A stretch of DNA of 47,763 bases from Thermodesulfobacteriota bacterium (GTDB taxonomy: Bacteria; Desulfobacterota; Desulfobulbia; Desulfobulbales; DAOVYS01): NCBI GenBank assembly GCA_034659175.1, contig JAYEGR010000027.1, forward strand, positions 1 to 47,763, read 5' to 3'. Numbering within the stretch: position 1 is the stretch's first letter; every line of letters begins with the position of its first letter. Of this stretch, positions 1 to 9,029 are shown one piece after another. The notes beneath the pieces were generated by a model. The model did no database searches. It was not told the DNA's origin and saw only the letters and a list, made by a program, of their open reading frames with translations. A program made the position numbers and the translations under genes.

Positions 1-614
1 GGCTCTAAGAACCTGTATGTGACCAGATTAATATTGGTATTAAGAAGCATTTCTCCTTCAACCATTGTCGGTCCTCCCATGCTGAGATTTGTAACCGAGA
101 CAATACGAGGCAGCTTGCTGACATGGTCAAGAAAAGTTCCCACATTGTGATACGGCCCCTTGACCTGAATATTTATCGGGATATTCGCGTAGAACTCTTT
201 ACGGGTTTCTCCCTTTGGTGTAAATGAGATAAAATCAAGGCCTGCGTTGGTACCTTCGCTTGAAATATTGGTCAGAAGAGAAGGAATCTCCTTTTGCTGG
301 GGCAGAAGGAGCGACGCCCGTTTGAATCGTTGCCGTGTGACCCCAAGTTCTTCCTTGTGTTTGTCGAGTTTGGCCACGGTTGCCTCGATTTGCCTGACTT
401 CCGCCTCAAGCTTGGTTCGATTCTTTTTCAGATTATTTATTTCTTTGTTCTTGGGCGTGAAAAGCAGAAAATAATAGGCTGCCAGGGGAATTATCAAGGC
501 CACGGCAACTATTCCGTATTTATGTTTGACCGGAAGATTGATGATCTTTGTCTCCAGAAAGGAGTCAAAGGCGGTCTTCAGTTTATCTAGGGCTAGGGAT
601 ATTTTTTTCTTCAA
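1..614 (-). CDS. pilO: Type IV pilus assembly protein PilO (partial; 3' end runs off the window)
   Basis: Not in the supplied track because it has no stop in the window. Reverse-strand translation from TTG at 614 (in-frame TAG at 629-627 just upstream) gives KKKISLALDKLKTAFDSFLETKIINLPVKHKYGIVAVALIIPLAAYYFLLF. That is one TM helix, followed by a coiled-coil segment and GPYHNVGTFLDHVSKLPRIVSV. It lies directly downstream of pilM-pilN on the same strand. Confidence 0.7.
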   Translation of the reverse strand, partial: MKKKISLALDKLKTAFDSFLETKIINLPVKHKYGIVAVALIIPLAAYYFLLFTPKNKEINNLKKNRTKLEAEVRQIEATVAKLDKHKEELGVTRQRFKRASLLLPQQKEIPSLLTNISSEGTNAGLDFISFTPKGETRKEFYANIPINIQVKGPYHNVGTFLDHVSKLPRIVSVTNLSMGGPTMVEGEMLLNTNINLVTYRFLE

Positions 615-679
615 TGCTTTCCCGCACTAATTGTAATTTTGTTGTAAACGTTTGCCATGTTGTAAAAAAAATTGAACCT

Positions 680-1231
680 TTACAGTCCAGGTGTTGTAAC
701 AACCAATGCCATTGAAAATGATTTTAATTTTCTGCCTGCAACTACCATTTGTGATGTTGTCTTGAGGTCAGCGCTCGCAAAAAAAGGCGAGGCAGTCAAT
801 TTTTTCATATATCCGGCAATAGTGGCATTATCCAGCGCCACGCCGCTGATCTGCAACTGTCTTGACGACTGCTGCAGGCTTTTCAACCAAACCCGCTTGG
901 ACGGTGTGTTTCTGGCTATCTCATCCAAGACCCGTACCGTGACCTGTGAATTCATTTTGAGTTTTTTTATTACATCGAGTTTGGTCTCCAGATTAAGTTT
1001 GGCCTGTTTTAATTCTTTTATCTGGTTCAGAATGTGCTGGTTATCGGCCTTTATTTTTTCGAATTCTTTGATCTGGCAGTTGATTTTGTCCGCTGTTTGG
1101 GCCATTGTCCACGTGTGTCCGCCCAAAACAGCGCCAAGAAGCGCCAGCATGAGTAAAAAGCCCACGACCTCGTTGCCGGCCTTGATCCGCTTTTTTATTT
1201 GCCTTACTGGAAAGAGATTTATCTGTATCAT
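680..1231 (-). CDS. pilN: Type IV pilus assembly protein PilN
   Basis: The 183-aa ORF starts MIQINLFPVRQ, the typical PilN N-terminus, followed by one TM helix and a coiled coil. It is positioned between pilM and pilO. Confidence 0.8.
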   Translation of the reverse strand: MIQINLFPVRQIKKRIKAGNEVVGFLLMLALLGAVLGGHTWTMAQTADKINCQIKEFEKIKADNQHILNQIKELKQAKLNLETKLDVIKKLKMNSQVTVRVLDEIARNTPSKRVWLKSLQQSSRQLQISGVALDNATIAGYMKKLTASPFFASADLKTTSQMVVAGRKLKSFSMALVVTTPGL

Positions 1232-1307
1232 ACGCGATTAGTAAACGTTCATGGTCATTTAACAAAAGGGTTGTACAATTCCTGCCCTGTAATCGTTTAA
1301 AGACGCC

Positions 1308-2375
1308 TTATAAGGCAACCGGTCTCGTTGCCAGTCCGGCACATATTGCCATTTCAGGGGCAATTTGCGCCAAGTAGTCAGGATCGATTGCACTACTGTC
1401 AATCGAGGCCTTGAAAAAAGGATTAAAGATTTCAACAGGTATTCCTGTTTCCTGTTGGAAAAACCGGGCCAGACCGTTTATTCTGGCGCCGCCGCCGCTC
1501 AAGATCAGTTTGCCGATGCTTTCATCAGGGTAATTGGAGAAATAAAAATCCAGGGCCCGCTTTATCTCAGTGATCCACTGTGTACATGCGTTAACAAAAA
1601 TTTCTTCCAGTCTCTCCTGCTTGTCTCCTGGTAAAATCATTCCGATCTTCAGTGCCTCGGCATCTTCATACGACATATCAAAGGCGGACTGGATTTGTTC
1701 CGTAACCTGCCGGCTTCCAAGAACAACGTCACGTGCCAGGATGGAAGTTCCCGATGAAATAATGTTGATATTCATCTTCGATGCCCCGATGTCTATAAGG
1801 GTCACGTTTTCGTCAAGGCTGAAGTTGGCATCATAGGCGTTTTCCAATGCAAAGGCATCGACATCAACGATCACTGTCTTTAAGCCCACGGAATCGAGCA
1901 GGGACAGATACTCGTCAACCACTTCTTTTTTTGCGGCAACAAGCATCACGTCAGTTCGGTCTTCATTTTCCGTATTTGTTTTTAAATCCTGGAAATCGAG
2001 GTAAACGTCATCGATATCAAAGGGGATATACTGTTCGGCTTCGGATTGGATGTGGGATTCCATTTCCTCCTGGGTCATGACTGCAAGATTAATTTTTTTG
2101 ACAATGACCGAGTATCCGGAAATCGAGAAGGCAATCTTCTTGCCCTTTACCCGGAGATTTTCGACAAGAGATGATATCGTTTCGGCTACAGCGGCAGGTT
2201 CCTGGAGTACCCCGTCTCTGACGGTGTCAGGTGGCAGAACAGAGCTTCCAAGGCTTACAAGTTTGCGGCCGCTGTCGGTCTCGGACATTTCGCACATCTT
2301 GACTGAATGCGAACCGATATCAAGGCCTATTGAAAGTTTCTGCTTTTTTAGAAATGGAAGTTTAAAACGGCCCAT
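1308..2375 (-). CDS. pilM: Type IV pilus assembly ATPase-fold protein PilM
   Basis: The 355-aa ORF has an actin/FtsA-like fold signature (IGLDIGSHSVK ... LSGGGARINGL). It is the first gene of the pilMNO order. Confidence 0.9.
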   Translation of the reverse strand: MGRFKLPFLKKQKLSIGLDIGSHSVKMCEMSETDSGRKLVSLGSSVLPPDTVRDGVLQEPAAVAETISSLVENLRVKGKKIAFSISGYSVIVKKINLAVMTQEEMESHIQSEAEQYIPFDIDDVYLDFQDLKTNTENEDRTDVMLVAAKKEVVDEYLSLLDSVGLKTVIVDVDAFALENAYDANFSLDENVTLIDIGASKMNINIISSGTSILARDVVLGSRQVTEQIQSAFDMSYEDAEALKIGMILPGDKQERLEEIFVNACTQWITEIKRALDFYFSNYPDESIGKLILSGGGARINGLARFFQQETGIPVEIFNPFFKASIDSSAIDPDYLAQIAPEMAICAGLATRPVAL

Positions 2376-2956
2376 AATGTAATAGCCCTTTAAGCGTCGT
2401 TCTGCGGAGATTATGATAAGGATTATTTTTATAATACCATATATTATATAGAAAAGTTTAAAAAAAGGAAGATGTCAAGAATATTTTTTTTCTTACTCTC
2501 CGAACCCTCCGATATTTCACAAAAAACAGACAAGATTTTAGTGAATCGAAACCGTTTTTGGAATCCATAAAACGTAATTTTGAGGTAAAGATGATGCTTT
2601 GATCCAACATGTTGTGTTTTTTCAGTTGCAGTAGCACAATATGTATTGGCTGGTTGGGCAAACATTCACCATGTATTAAAAAAGTTCTGATTATAACGAA
2701 TTTTGGGAGGCGCTGACAAAAAAACGATGCAAGGCTTTTATTCCCAAAATCTGTTATAATCAGAAAAAAAATGAAAATATTCCGCGCGTAAGCATTTACA
2801 AGCGCTGCATCTGTCTGCGATGGCGAACCCTTACGTTACCGGAAGCGGAGAGCTTGACAAGGATGTGATTTTTACCGGCAGGAAGGCAAACGTTCTTGAG
2901 TTTTTTGCTGTTTTAGTTTAATTTCTCCGGTGGTCTGTGTCTCAGGCTATACAGCC

Positions 2957-3622
2957 ATGTTAGAAAACGCATTAATTAAAGGAGATAGTCAGGTGTCATC
3001 CAACCAGCAGGAATCCAAGCGCATATCTACCTTAAGGGAATCAATAGAGGCTATATTCATTGCTTTGATTGTGGCCCTGTTTATCAGAACGTTCGTGGTA
3101 CAGGCATTTAAGATTCCATCCGGTTCCATGATTCCTACGCTTTTGATCGGTGACCACATTCTTGTCAACAAGTTTATCTACGGCATCAAGAATCCAATTA
3201 CCAGAAATACATTGATCTCAATCGGTGAGCCTGAACGAAATGATGTAATAGTGTTTAAATATCCGGTCAATCCAAAGCAGGATTTTATCAAAAGAGTAAT
3301 AGGCGTTGCCGGAGACCGGATCGAGATACTGGATAAGCGTGTATATGTAAACGGAAAGTTATTTGAAGTTAAGAACGCCATTCATCTTGACTCGAAAATT
3401 ATAAGCGGAGATCTTCAGCCGCGTGACAACTTGGGCACCATAATCGTTCCTGAAAACTCGTTGTTTGTGATGGGAGACAACAGGGACAACAGTCACGACA
3501 GCCGGTTCTGGAAATTTGTGGACATGGACGCGGTCAAGGGCAAGGCCTTTATTATGTATTGGTCATGGAACCGGGAAGATTTTTCAGTGCGGTGGAACCG
3601 TATCGGTGACATGATTCATTGA
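2957..3622 (+). CDS. lepB: Signal peptidase I (S26)
   Basis: Catalytic boxes are present: SGSMIPTL (Ser), KRVIGVAGD (Lys) and [13 protein letters not shown]. The start is uncertain. The track ORF begins at 2930, there is an ATG at 2957, and a GTG at 2993 is preceded by AAAGGAG. Confidence 0.9.
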   Translation: MLENALIKGDSQVSSNQQESKRISTLRESIEAIFIALIVALFIRTFVVQAFKIPSGSMIPTLLIGDHILVNKFIYGIKNPITRNTLISIGEPERNDVIVFKYPVNPKQDFIKRVIGVAGDRIEILDKRVYVNGKLFEVKNAIHLDSKIISGDLQPRDNLGTIIVPENSLFVMGDNRDNSHDSRFWKFVDMDAVKGKAFIMYWSWNREDFSVRWNRIGDMIH

Positions 3623-3632
3623 AAGGAATGCG

Positions 3633-4559
3633 ATGGCAGCCAAGCAACATTTTGACCACAAGCACATTCTCAGCATGGAGGATCTCTCCAAAGCTGATAT
3701 CCGTCTGATTCTCCAAACTGCCGAGTCACTGAAAGAGATATCGGAACGTTCCATTAAAAAGGTGCCCACACTCCGCGGTAAAACCATGGTCAACTTTTTT
3801 TTTGAGCCAAGCACCAGAACCCGTATATCCTTTGAAATTGCCGCAAAACGGATGAGCGCCGACACTTTTAGCATCTCAGCCTCAACAAGTTCCATCCGGA
3901 AAGGGGAAACCCTGATCGACACGGCCAGAAATCTCATGGCCATGAATCCGGATGTAATCATAATCCGTCATTCCTGCGCAGGCGCTCCTCAAATGCTTGC
4001 GGATCATATTGATGCCTCGGTTATCAATGCCGGGGACGGGATACACGAACATCCCAGTCAGTGTTTATTGGACATGATGACGGTCAGGGAAAAAAAAGGG
4101 AAAATTGAAGGTCTGACTCTTGCGATTGTGGGCGACATCAGCCACAGCCGGGTTGCACATTCCAATATTATCGGATTTTCAAAAATGGGCGCAAAGGTCA
4201 GGGTGTGCGGCCCTTCCACCATGATTCCGATTGGGATTGAAGACATAGGGGCAGAGGTCTGCGGTTCGGTCGAGGAGGCGATTGACGGCGTGGACGTGGT
4301 GATGGCTTTGAGAATTCAAAAGGAACGGCAAAAAGATCCTCTGGTACCTTCGTTCAGAGAATATTCCACGTATTTTGGTATCACCAAGCGCAATATCGGA
4401 GCGGCTAAACCTGATGCGATGATCATGCATCCCGGGCCGATGAATCGTGGAGTGGAATTGGATTCCGACCTGGCGGACGGATCACGTTCCGTGATTCTTG
4501 ACCAGGTGACCAATGGTGTTGCCGTTAGAATGGCATTATTATATTTGATCCTGGGGTAA
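3633..4559 (+). CDS. pyrB: Aspartate carbamoyltransferase catalytic subunit
   Basis: Motifs [13 protein letters not shown] and HEHPSQ in a 308-aa ORF, followed by pyrC. Confidence 0.95.
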   Translation: MAAKQHFDHKHILSMEDLSKADIRLILQTAESLKEISERSIKKVPTLRGKTMVNFFFEPSTRTRISFEIAAKRMSADTFSISASTSSIRKGETLIDTARNLMAMNPDVIIIRHSCAGAPQMLADHIDASVINAGDGIHEHPSQCLLDMMTVREKKGKIEGLTLAIVGDISHSRVAHSNIIGFSKMGAKVRVCGPSTMIPIGIEDIGAEVCGSVEEAIDGVDVVMALRIQKERQKDPLVPSFREYSTYFGITKRNIGAAKPDAMIMHPGPMNRGVELDSDLADGSRSVILDQVTNGVAVRMALLYLILG

Positions 4560-4733
4560 ATATTCGGCAGCGCTCCATCTGTTCACGATCAGGCCTTCCA
4601 GCATACTTATGTATCGCTGAAAGACCTGATCGTGAACACCTGGAGCGCCCCGCAGGAAGTGCCCTTGGGGTGCACTGTCAAACATTTACAGACTGAAATT
4701 TTTTGTAATTTTTCCACACAAGCCGAATATTTA
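4559..4733 (-). repeat. Family-1 modular intergenic repeat, copy A (long form, MITE/REP-like)
   Basis: Terminal inverted repeats AATATTCGGC (4559-4568) and GCCGAATATT (4722-4731). There is an internal ~21-bp stem (ctccatctgttcacgatcagg / cctgatcgtgaacacctggag). The core GGAAGTGCCCTTGGGGTGC lies at 4655-4673. About 90 percent identical by eye to the reverse complement of 12695-12871. Confidence 0.85.
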
Positions 4734-4751
4734 CATCCTGGGAGGTGATTA

Positions 4752-6125
4752 ATGATGACCGGTAGGGCTCCCATGACGGGTTTTCAGAAAATGAGAGGCC
4801 ATGATGCATCTTTTGACGCGCCTCTGCTTCTTGAAAACGGCAGAATCATTGATCCTGTGAACGGGCTGGACATGAAAGGCGACCTCCTTGTTGAGAATGG
4901 AAGGATTTCATGGGTGAGGCCGTCTGACCGGGAATCAGTCACAGCGCCTGACGATACGCGCACTGTCGATCTTGATGGCAAATGGATTCTGCCCGGTTTT
5001 ATTGACATGCACGTGCATCTGAGGGAACCCGGCGAAGAATATAAGGAGACTATTGAAAGCGGCACAAAAGCGGCTGCGGCAGGAGGTTTTTGCGCAGTGG
5101 CCTGCATGCCGAACACAATTCCGGTGAATGATTGTGAGGCAGTAACTTTATTTATCAAGGCCAGGGCGCGGATCGGTTATTGCCGGGTTTATCCCGTGGG
5201 CTCGATCAGCAAAGGCGGAAAGGGAGAGGCCCTTGCTGAATTCGGCGAAATGAGAGCAGCAGGCGCTGTTGCAGTCTCTGATGATGGACGTCCCGTCAGT
5301 GACGGTCAGTTAATGAGGAGGGCGCTTGAATACTGTGCCGACCATAACCTTCTGCTTATATCACATTCGGAAGAGCTTGATTTAAGTCGGAGCGGCGTCA
5401 TGAATGAAGGCCTTGTTTCCACGGAAATGGGTCTGCGAGGTATTCCGAAATCCGCCGAGGAGGTGATGATTTATCGCGACCTCTCTTTAGCTGAATTTAC
5501 AAATCGTCCGGTTCATATTGCTCACGTGAGCACCAGGGAGTCGGTGAGCCTGATACGAAGATCCAAGGCAAGAGGCTGCCCTGTGACTGCAGAGACAGCG
5601 CCTCATTATTTCACGCTTACCGAGGATGCCGTAAAAGGTTACAACACCAGGGCAAAAATGAACCCGCCCTTGAGAACAGACGATGATGTGGAGGCAATCC
5701 GGGAAGGACTCAGGGACGGAACAATTGATGCTATTGCAACTGATCATGCTCCGCACAGCGATTTTGAAAAGGACGTGGAGTTCGAATTTGCCGCAAACGG
5801 CATAATTGGACTGGAAACCGCGATACCGCTGGCTCTTGCCTTAGTAAGGGATGAAATATTCGACGTCGCGAGGCTGGTAGAACTTTTATCCGTTAATCCG
5901 GCCCGGATTCTGGGTGTTGAAGGCGGTTTTTTAAGCCCCGGTTCCAGCGCTGATATTACGGTCATAGATCCGGATCAGGAGTTTGTATACACCAAGGACA
6001 AAGTAGTATCAAAAAGCAAAAATTCTCCGTTTTTTGATTGCGAATTGAAGGGCACGGCGGTACTTACAGTTGTTGGGGGGAGGATCACCTTTTTTGATGA
6101 AGAATTAGCAGGGAATTCGGGATGA
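4752..6125 (+). CDS. pyrC: Dihydroorotase
   Basis: Motifs DMHVHLREPG and DHAPH. GGAGGTG lies 4 nt upstream of the ATG at 4752. Confidence 0.9.
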   Translation: MMTGRAPMTGFQKMRGHDASFDAPLLLENGRIIDPVNGLDMKGDLLVENGRISWVRPSDRESVTAPDDTRTVDLDGKWILPGFIDMHVHLREPGEEYKETIESGTKAAAAGGFCAVACMPNTIPVNDCEAVTLFIKARARIGYCRVYPVGSISKGGKGEALAEFGEMRAAGAVAVSDDGRPVSDGQLMRRALEYCADHNLLLISHSEELDLSRSGVMNEGLVSTEMGLRGIPKSAEEVMIYRDLSLAEFTNRPVHIAHVSTRESVSLIRRSKARGCPVTAETAPHYFTLTEDAVKGYNTRAKMNPPLRTDDDVEAIREGLRDGTIDAIATDHAPHSDFEKDVEFEFAANGIIGLETAIPLALALVRDEIFDVARLVELLSVNPARILGVEGGFLSPGSSADITVIDPDQEFVYTKDKVVSKSKNSPFFDCELKGTAVLTVVGGRITFFDEELAGNSG

Positions 6126-6134
6126 TAAAACGCC

Positions 6135-6488
6135 CTAACTTTTAATATCAAGAAGGCTGCCCAGCATCTCATCTTGAATTTGAATTGTTTTAATATTGGC
6201 CTGGAAGAAGCGTCTGCTCAACATCATGTTGGGGAGTTCGTAGGAAAGGTCAACATTGGATTTTTCCACCAGGGTCTTACCTTCAGATGTCTGTTCGTAG
6301 ACAAGCGGCCCAGGAGTCTCGATTCTCTCCACATTCGGCTTCACTCCCTGAGGTTTTGTGTCCTCAAGAGTCACCCTGGTTTTTTTAAATCCATCCGTAT
6401 TGATGTTTGCCGTGTTATTTGCCGAGGACTCGGCCTTTTTTTGAAAAGCGTTTAATCCGGTCAGCGCTGAGTATACTCCGGAGATCAT
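6135..6488 (-). CDS. Short flagellar basal-body rod family protein (FlgC/FlgG-like), orphan
   Basis: The N-terminal rod motif is SALTGLNAFQKKAESSANNTANINTDGFK. The C-terminal rod motif is SNVDLSYELPNMMLSRRFFQANIKTIQ. I moved the start to the ATG at 6488 (MISGV) because AAGGAGG lies 8 nt upstream; the track start is 6527. Confidence 0.6.
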   Translation of the reverse strand: MISGVYSALTGLNAFQKKAESSANNTANINTDGFKKTRVTLEDTKPQGVKPNVERIETPGPLVYEQTSEGKTLVEKSNVDLSYELPNMMLSRRFFQANIKTIQIQDEMLGSLLDIKS

Positions 6489-6725
6489 TTTGAAAGCCTC
6501 CTTCTTGTCCGGTTTTTTGCCGGCCATTACCTGAAATTATGTCCGGGTGAAAGATCGGCGATTTCCTGCTTATAATGTTATTTGTCGGCATTTTTTTCAG
6601 GAACTTTAATTTTTAAAATATATTAAATTTTTTATAGATTGAACCTTCACAGGTTCAGCCGTTATACATCATCACTGCAAACCTGTTGGAAACAGCCATG
6701 ATTATTTTTTTTCAGGAGATTTGTT

Positions 6726-7742
6726 ATGAAGGAAGCTGATTTTTATGAGGTGACAGACCAGACAAAACATCTCGTTCAGTGTCATTTGTGCAATCATCAC
6801 TGCTTGATAAAGGATGGCAGCCGGGGACGCTGCCGTGTGAGGGAAAACCAGGGAGGGAAACTTTTAAGCCTGGTATATGGCCGGATCATCAGCGAAAATG
6901 TGGATCCGATTGAGAAAAAGCCGATTTTTCACCTGAAACCGGGGTCGCTTTCATATTCCATTGCCACCGTGGGTTGCAATTTTAAATGCCTGCACTGCCA
7001 GAATTACGAGATATCACAGTATCCGTATATACATCCAGGTAAAATTCCAGGGACGATTCGTTCACCGGAATCAGTCGTAACCGTTGCCGCACAGCAGAAT
7101 TGTCAAAGCATCAGCTACACCTATGTTGAGCCCACGATTTTTTTTGAATTTGCATATGAGACCTCCAAACTGGCAAATGCAGCTGGAATAAAAAACGTAT
7201 TTGTCAGTAACGGCTATACAAGTCCCGATGCCGTAAGAAAAATCGCTCCTTATCTTGATGCAAACAATATTGACTTAAAAGCATTCAGTGAAAAATTTTA
7301 TCATGATGTATGCGGAGCAAGGCTTGCCCCTGTCCTGGAAACTATAAACCTTATGAAGGAACTGGGAGTCTGGGTGGAAGTAACGACCCTTATCATCCCC
7401 GGATGGAATGATTCAGACAAGGAACTTAAAAGTATTGCTGATTTTATTATGGGTATTGATTCCGATATTCCATGGCATGTAACCGGATATTATCCTACCT
7501 ATAAAATGACCGACCATCCGCCGACATCAGTGGCCGGCCTGTTTCGGGCGCGTGAGATCGGACTGGATGCAGGTCTGAAATATGTATATGCGGGAAACAT
7601 TCCGGGCCAAGGAGGCGAAGACACCTATTGCCCGAGCTGTAAAAAGGTTGTTATACAGCGAACCGGCTACCGAATCCATGCCGTAAACCTTGATAACGGC
7701 ACCTGCAGCTTCTGCGGCGAAATAATTGCCGGAATATTCTGA
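6726..7742 (+). CDS. Radical SAM enzyme, AmmeMemoRadiSam-system type (PFL-activase-like)
   Basis: CNFKCLHCQN is a CxxxCxxC radical SAM cluster. An N-terminal Cys-rich segment VQCHLCNHHCLIKDGSRGRCRVRENQGGKL and a C-terminal CPSC...CSFC are also present. Confidence 0.75.
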   Translation: MKEADFYEVTDQTKHLVQCHLCNHHCLIKDGSRGRCRVRENQGGKLLSLVYGRIISENVDPIEKKPIFHLKPGSLSYSIATVGCNFKCLHCQNYEISQYPYIHPGKIPGTIRSPESVVTVAAQQNCQSISYTYVEPTIFFEFAYETSKLANAAGIKNVFVSNGYTSPDAVRKIAPYLDANNIDLKAFSEKFYHDVCGARLAPVLETINLMKELGVWVEVTTLIIPGWNDSDKELKSIADFIMGIDSDIPWHVTGYYPTYKMTDHPPTSVAGLFRAREIGLDAGLKYVYAGNIPGQGGEDTYCPSCKKVVIQRTGYRIHAVNLDNGTCSFCGEIIAGIF

Positions 7743-7851
7743 TCCATCCGCCTACATGAAATTATCAACGCACTTTTTTTTATTTCATTAAGAATCAGTT
7801 GATGAATCCTGGGATTTACGTTATAAAACATCCATAATTCATAATTCAAAA

Positions 7852-7927
7852 GCGCCCGTAGCTCAACGGATAGAGTGCCGGACTACGAATCCGTAGGTTG
7901 CAGGTTCGAATCCTGCCGGGCGCGCCA
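7852..7927 (+). tRNA. tRNA-Arg (anticodon ACG), CCA encoded
   Basis: Hand-folded cloverleaf of 76 nt. Acceptor stem is GCGCCCG/CGGGCGC and the D arm is GCTC-AACGGATA-GAGT. The anticodon arm is CCGGA-CTACGAA-TCCGT and the T arm is GCAGG-TTCGAAT-CCTGC, with discriminator G and CCA. There is one C-U mismatch at the top of the anticodon stem. Confidence 0.9.
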
Positions 7928-7937
7928 GTTATATCAA

Positions 7938-7971
7938 GGGTTTCAGCTTTTTGGCTGAAACCCTTTTTTTT
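7938..7971 (+). terminator. Rho-independent terminator after tRNA-Arg
   Basis: The stem is GGGTTTCAGC (7938-7947) paired with GCTGAAACCC (7954-7963), with a 6-nt loop. A run of 8 T follows (7964-7971). Confidence 0.65.
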
Positions 7972-8463
7972 GTTCTCCGGTACTTCTCCGGTCCACCCAA
8001 CCTGGCTAATTGCTACCGCAATTTCATGGGGAGTCCCTTTAGTCACAAAAGATGAAAAAATATTGAAATATCCCCACGTACAAACAATTTGGTAAACCGT
8101 AGGTGATTGAAAGGTAATAGGAAATTGCTTTTTAACAATTTTACGGAAAGAACACAAATTTTGCTCCGCCCCTCTGCACCTTGTGTTGCACCTGTTCGTT
8201 AATAGCTACATACAAGGGAGTATGGGGCCGGATCTTCATAAATTATTTAAGGGTTGACAAGAGGGGTGAAAAGGATATCATTTGGTACGGCCCGTGTTGC
8301 AGTAGAACAATGAATAATTAGGTCACAAGGAACCGCAGAGTTTTTAAAGTGCGGTACTTCATCATTCAATGTTCCTGGTGACCTCGATATTCAATATGTT
8401 CAGGTTATTTGCGGACAGATTCTAACCACATCAAACCTTGTCACACTCTGAAAGGGGAAACTA

Positions 8464-8973
8464 ATGATAAAAAGAGTCGTTCTTCCAATAAGCATTGTTC
8501 TTATGTATATTATTTTCCTGGCCTGCGCAACTGATACGGCTCAATGCAAACAGAGAGACGCAACAGACTCCTTCCAGGTCTTTCCTGTAGGAAAAGTAAA
8601 AAAGGATTCAGGGACGACTACGATTGAGATTTACAACAAGTATGCCGACGCCCTTTCAGGGTTGAATCGGTTTTCCCATGTCGTGGTCCTTTACTGGTTT
8701 CACAAGAATGATACACCTAAAAGGAGGGGGATCTTGCGTGTTCATCCACGACATAATCCGGTTAACCCGTTAACAGGTGTATTTGCTACCCGTTCCCCGC
8801 GCAGGCCAAATCTCATCGGCCTGTCTGTATGTAAAATCCTGTCCATTGAAAAAAATGTCATCCGAATTGATTCCATTGATGCCTTTCATGATACCCCGGT
8901 ACTGGACCTCAAACCATACGTTCCCCGCATGGATATGGTAACAAGTCCACATGGCCCGCAGTGGGAGGAGTAA
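8464..8973 (+). CDS. TsaA/TrmO (YaeB, UPF0066)-like domain protein with an N-terminal signal/lipoprotein-type leader
   Basis: TsaA-like motifs are FSHVVVLYWFH, GVFATRSPRRPNLIGLS and DTPVLDLKPYVP. The N-terminus is MIKRVVLPISIVLMYIIFLAC. AAGGGGA lies 5 nt before the ATG at 8464. Confidence 0.7.
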   Translation: MIKRVVLPISIVLMYIIFLACATDTAQCKQRDATDSFQVFPVGKVKKDSGTTTIEIYNKYADALSGLNRFSHVVVLYWFHKNDTPKRRGILRVHPRHNPVNPLTGVFATRSPRRPNLIGLSVCKILSIEKNVIRIDSIDAFHDTPVLDLKPYVPRMDMVTSPHGPQWEE

Positions 8974-9029
8974 TGCCTCGACAGAGACCGGCCGATGACA
9001 AGAGGTGGTCATAACCTTGGGCGGCGGTA

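Noticed and set aside
672-1241. A 189-aa plus-strand ORF
   Set aside because: It is the mirror frame of pilN. It has no recognisable motifs, while the minus-strand frame has the PilN N-terminus and fits the pilMNO order.
7846-8157. A 103-aa minus-strand ORF, and the 65-aa plus-strand ORF 7898-8095
   Set aside because: They overlap the tRNA-Arg gene and its terminator. No coding signal is apparent.
8255-8463. A possible cobalamin or other known riboswitch in the TsaA-like leader
   Set aside because: GGTGAAAAGGA and ACGGCCCGTGTTGCAGTA vaguely recall cobalamin-riboswitch words. However, no B12 box (GCCACTG-type) or consistent helices for any class I know could be drawn. I kept it only as an unclassified structured leader.
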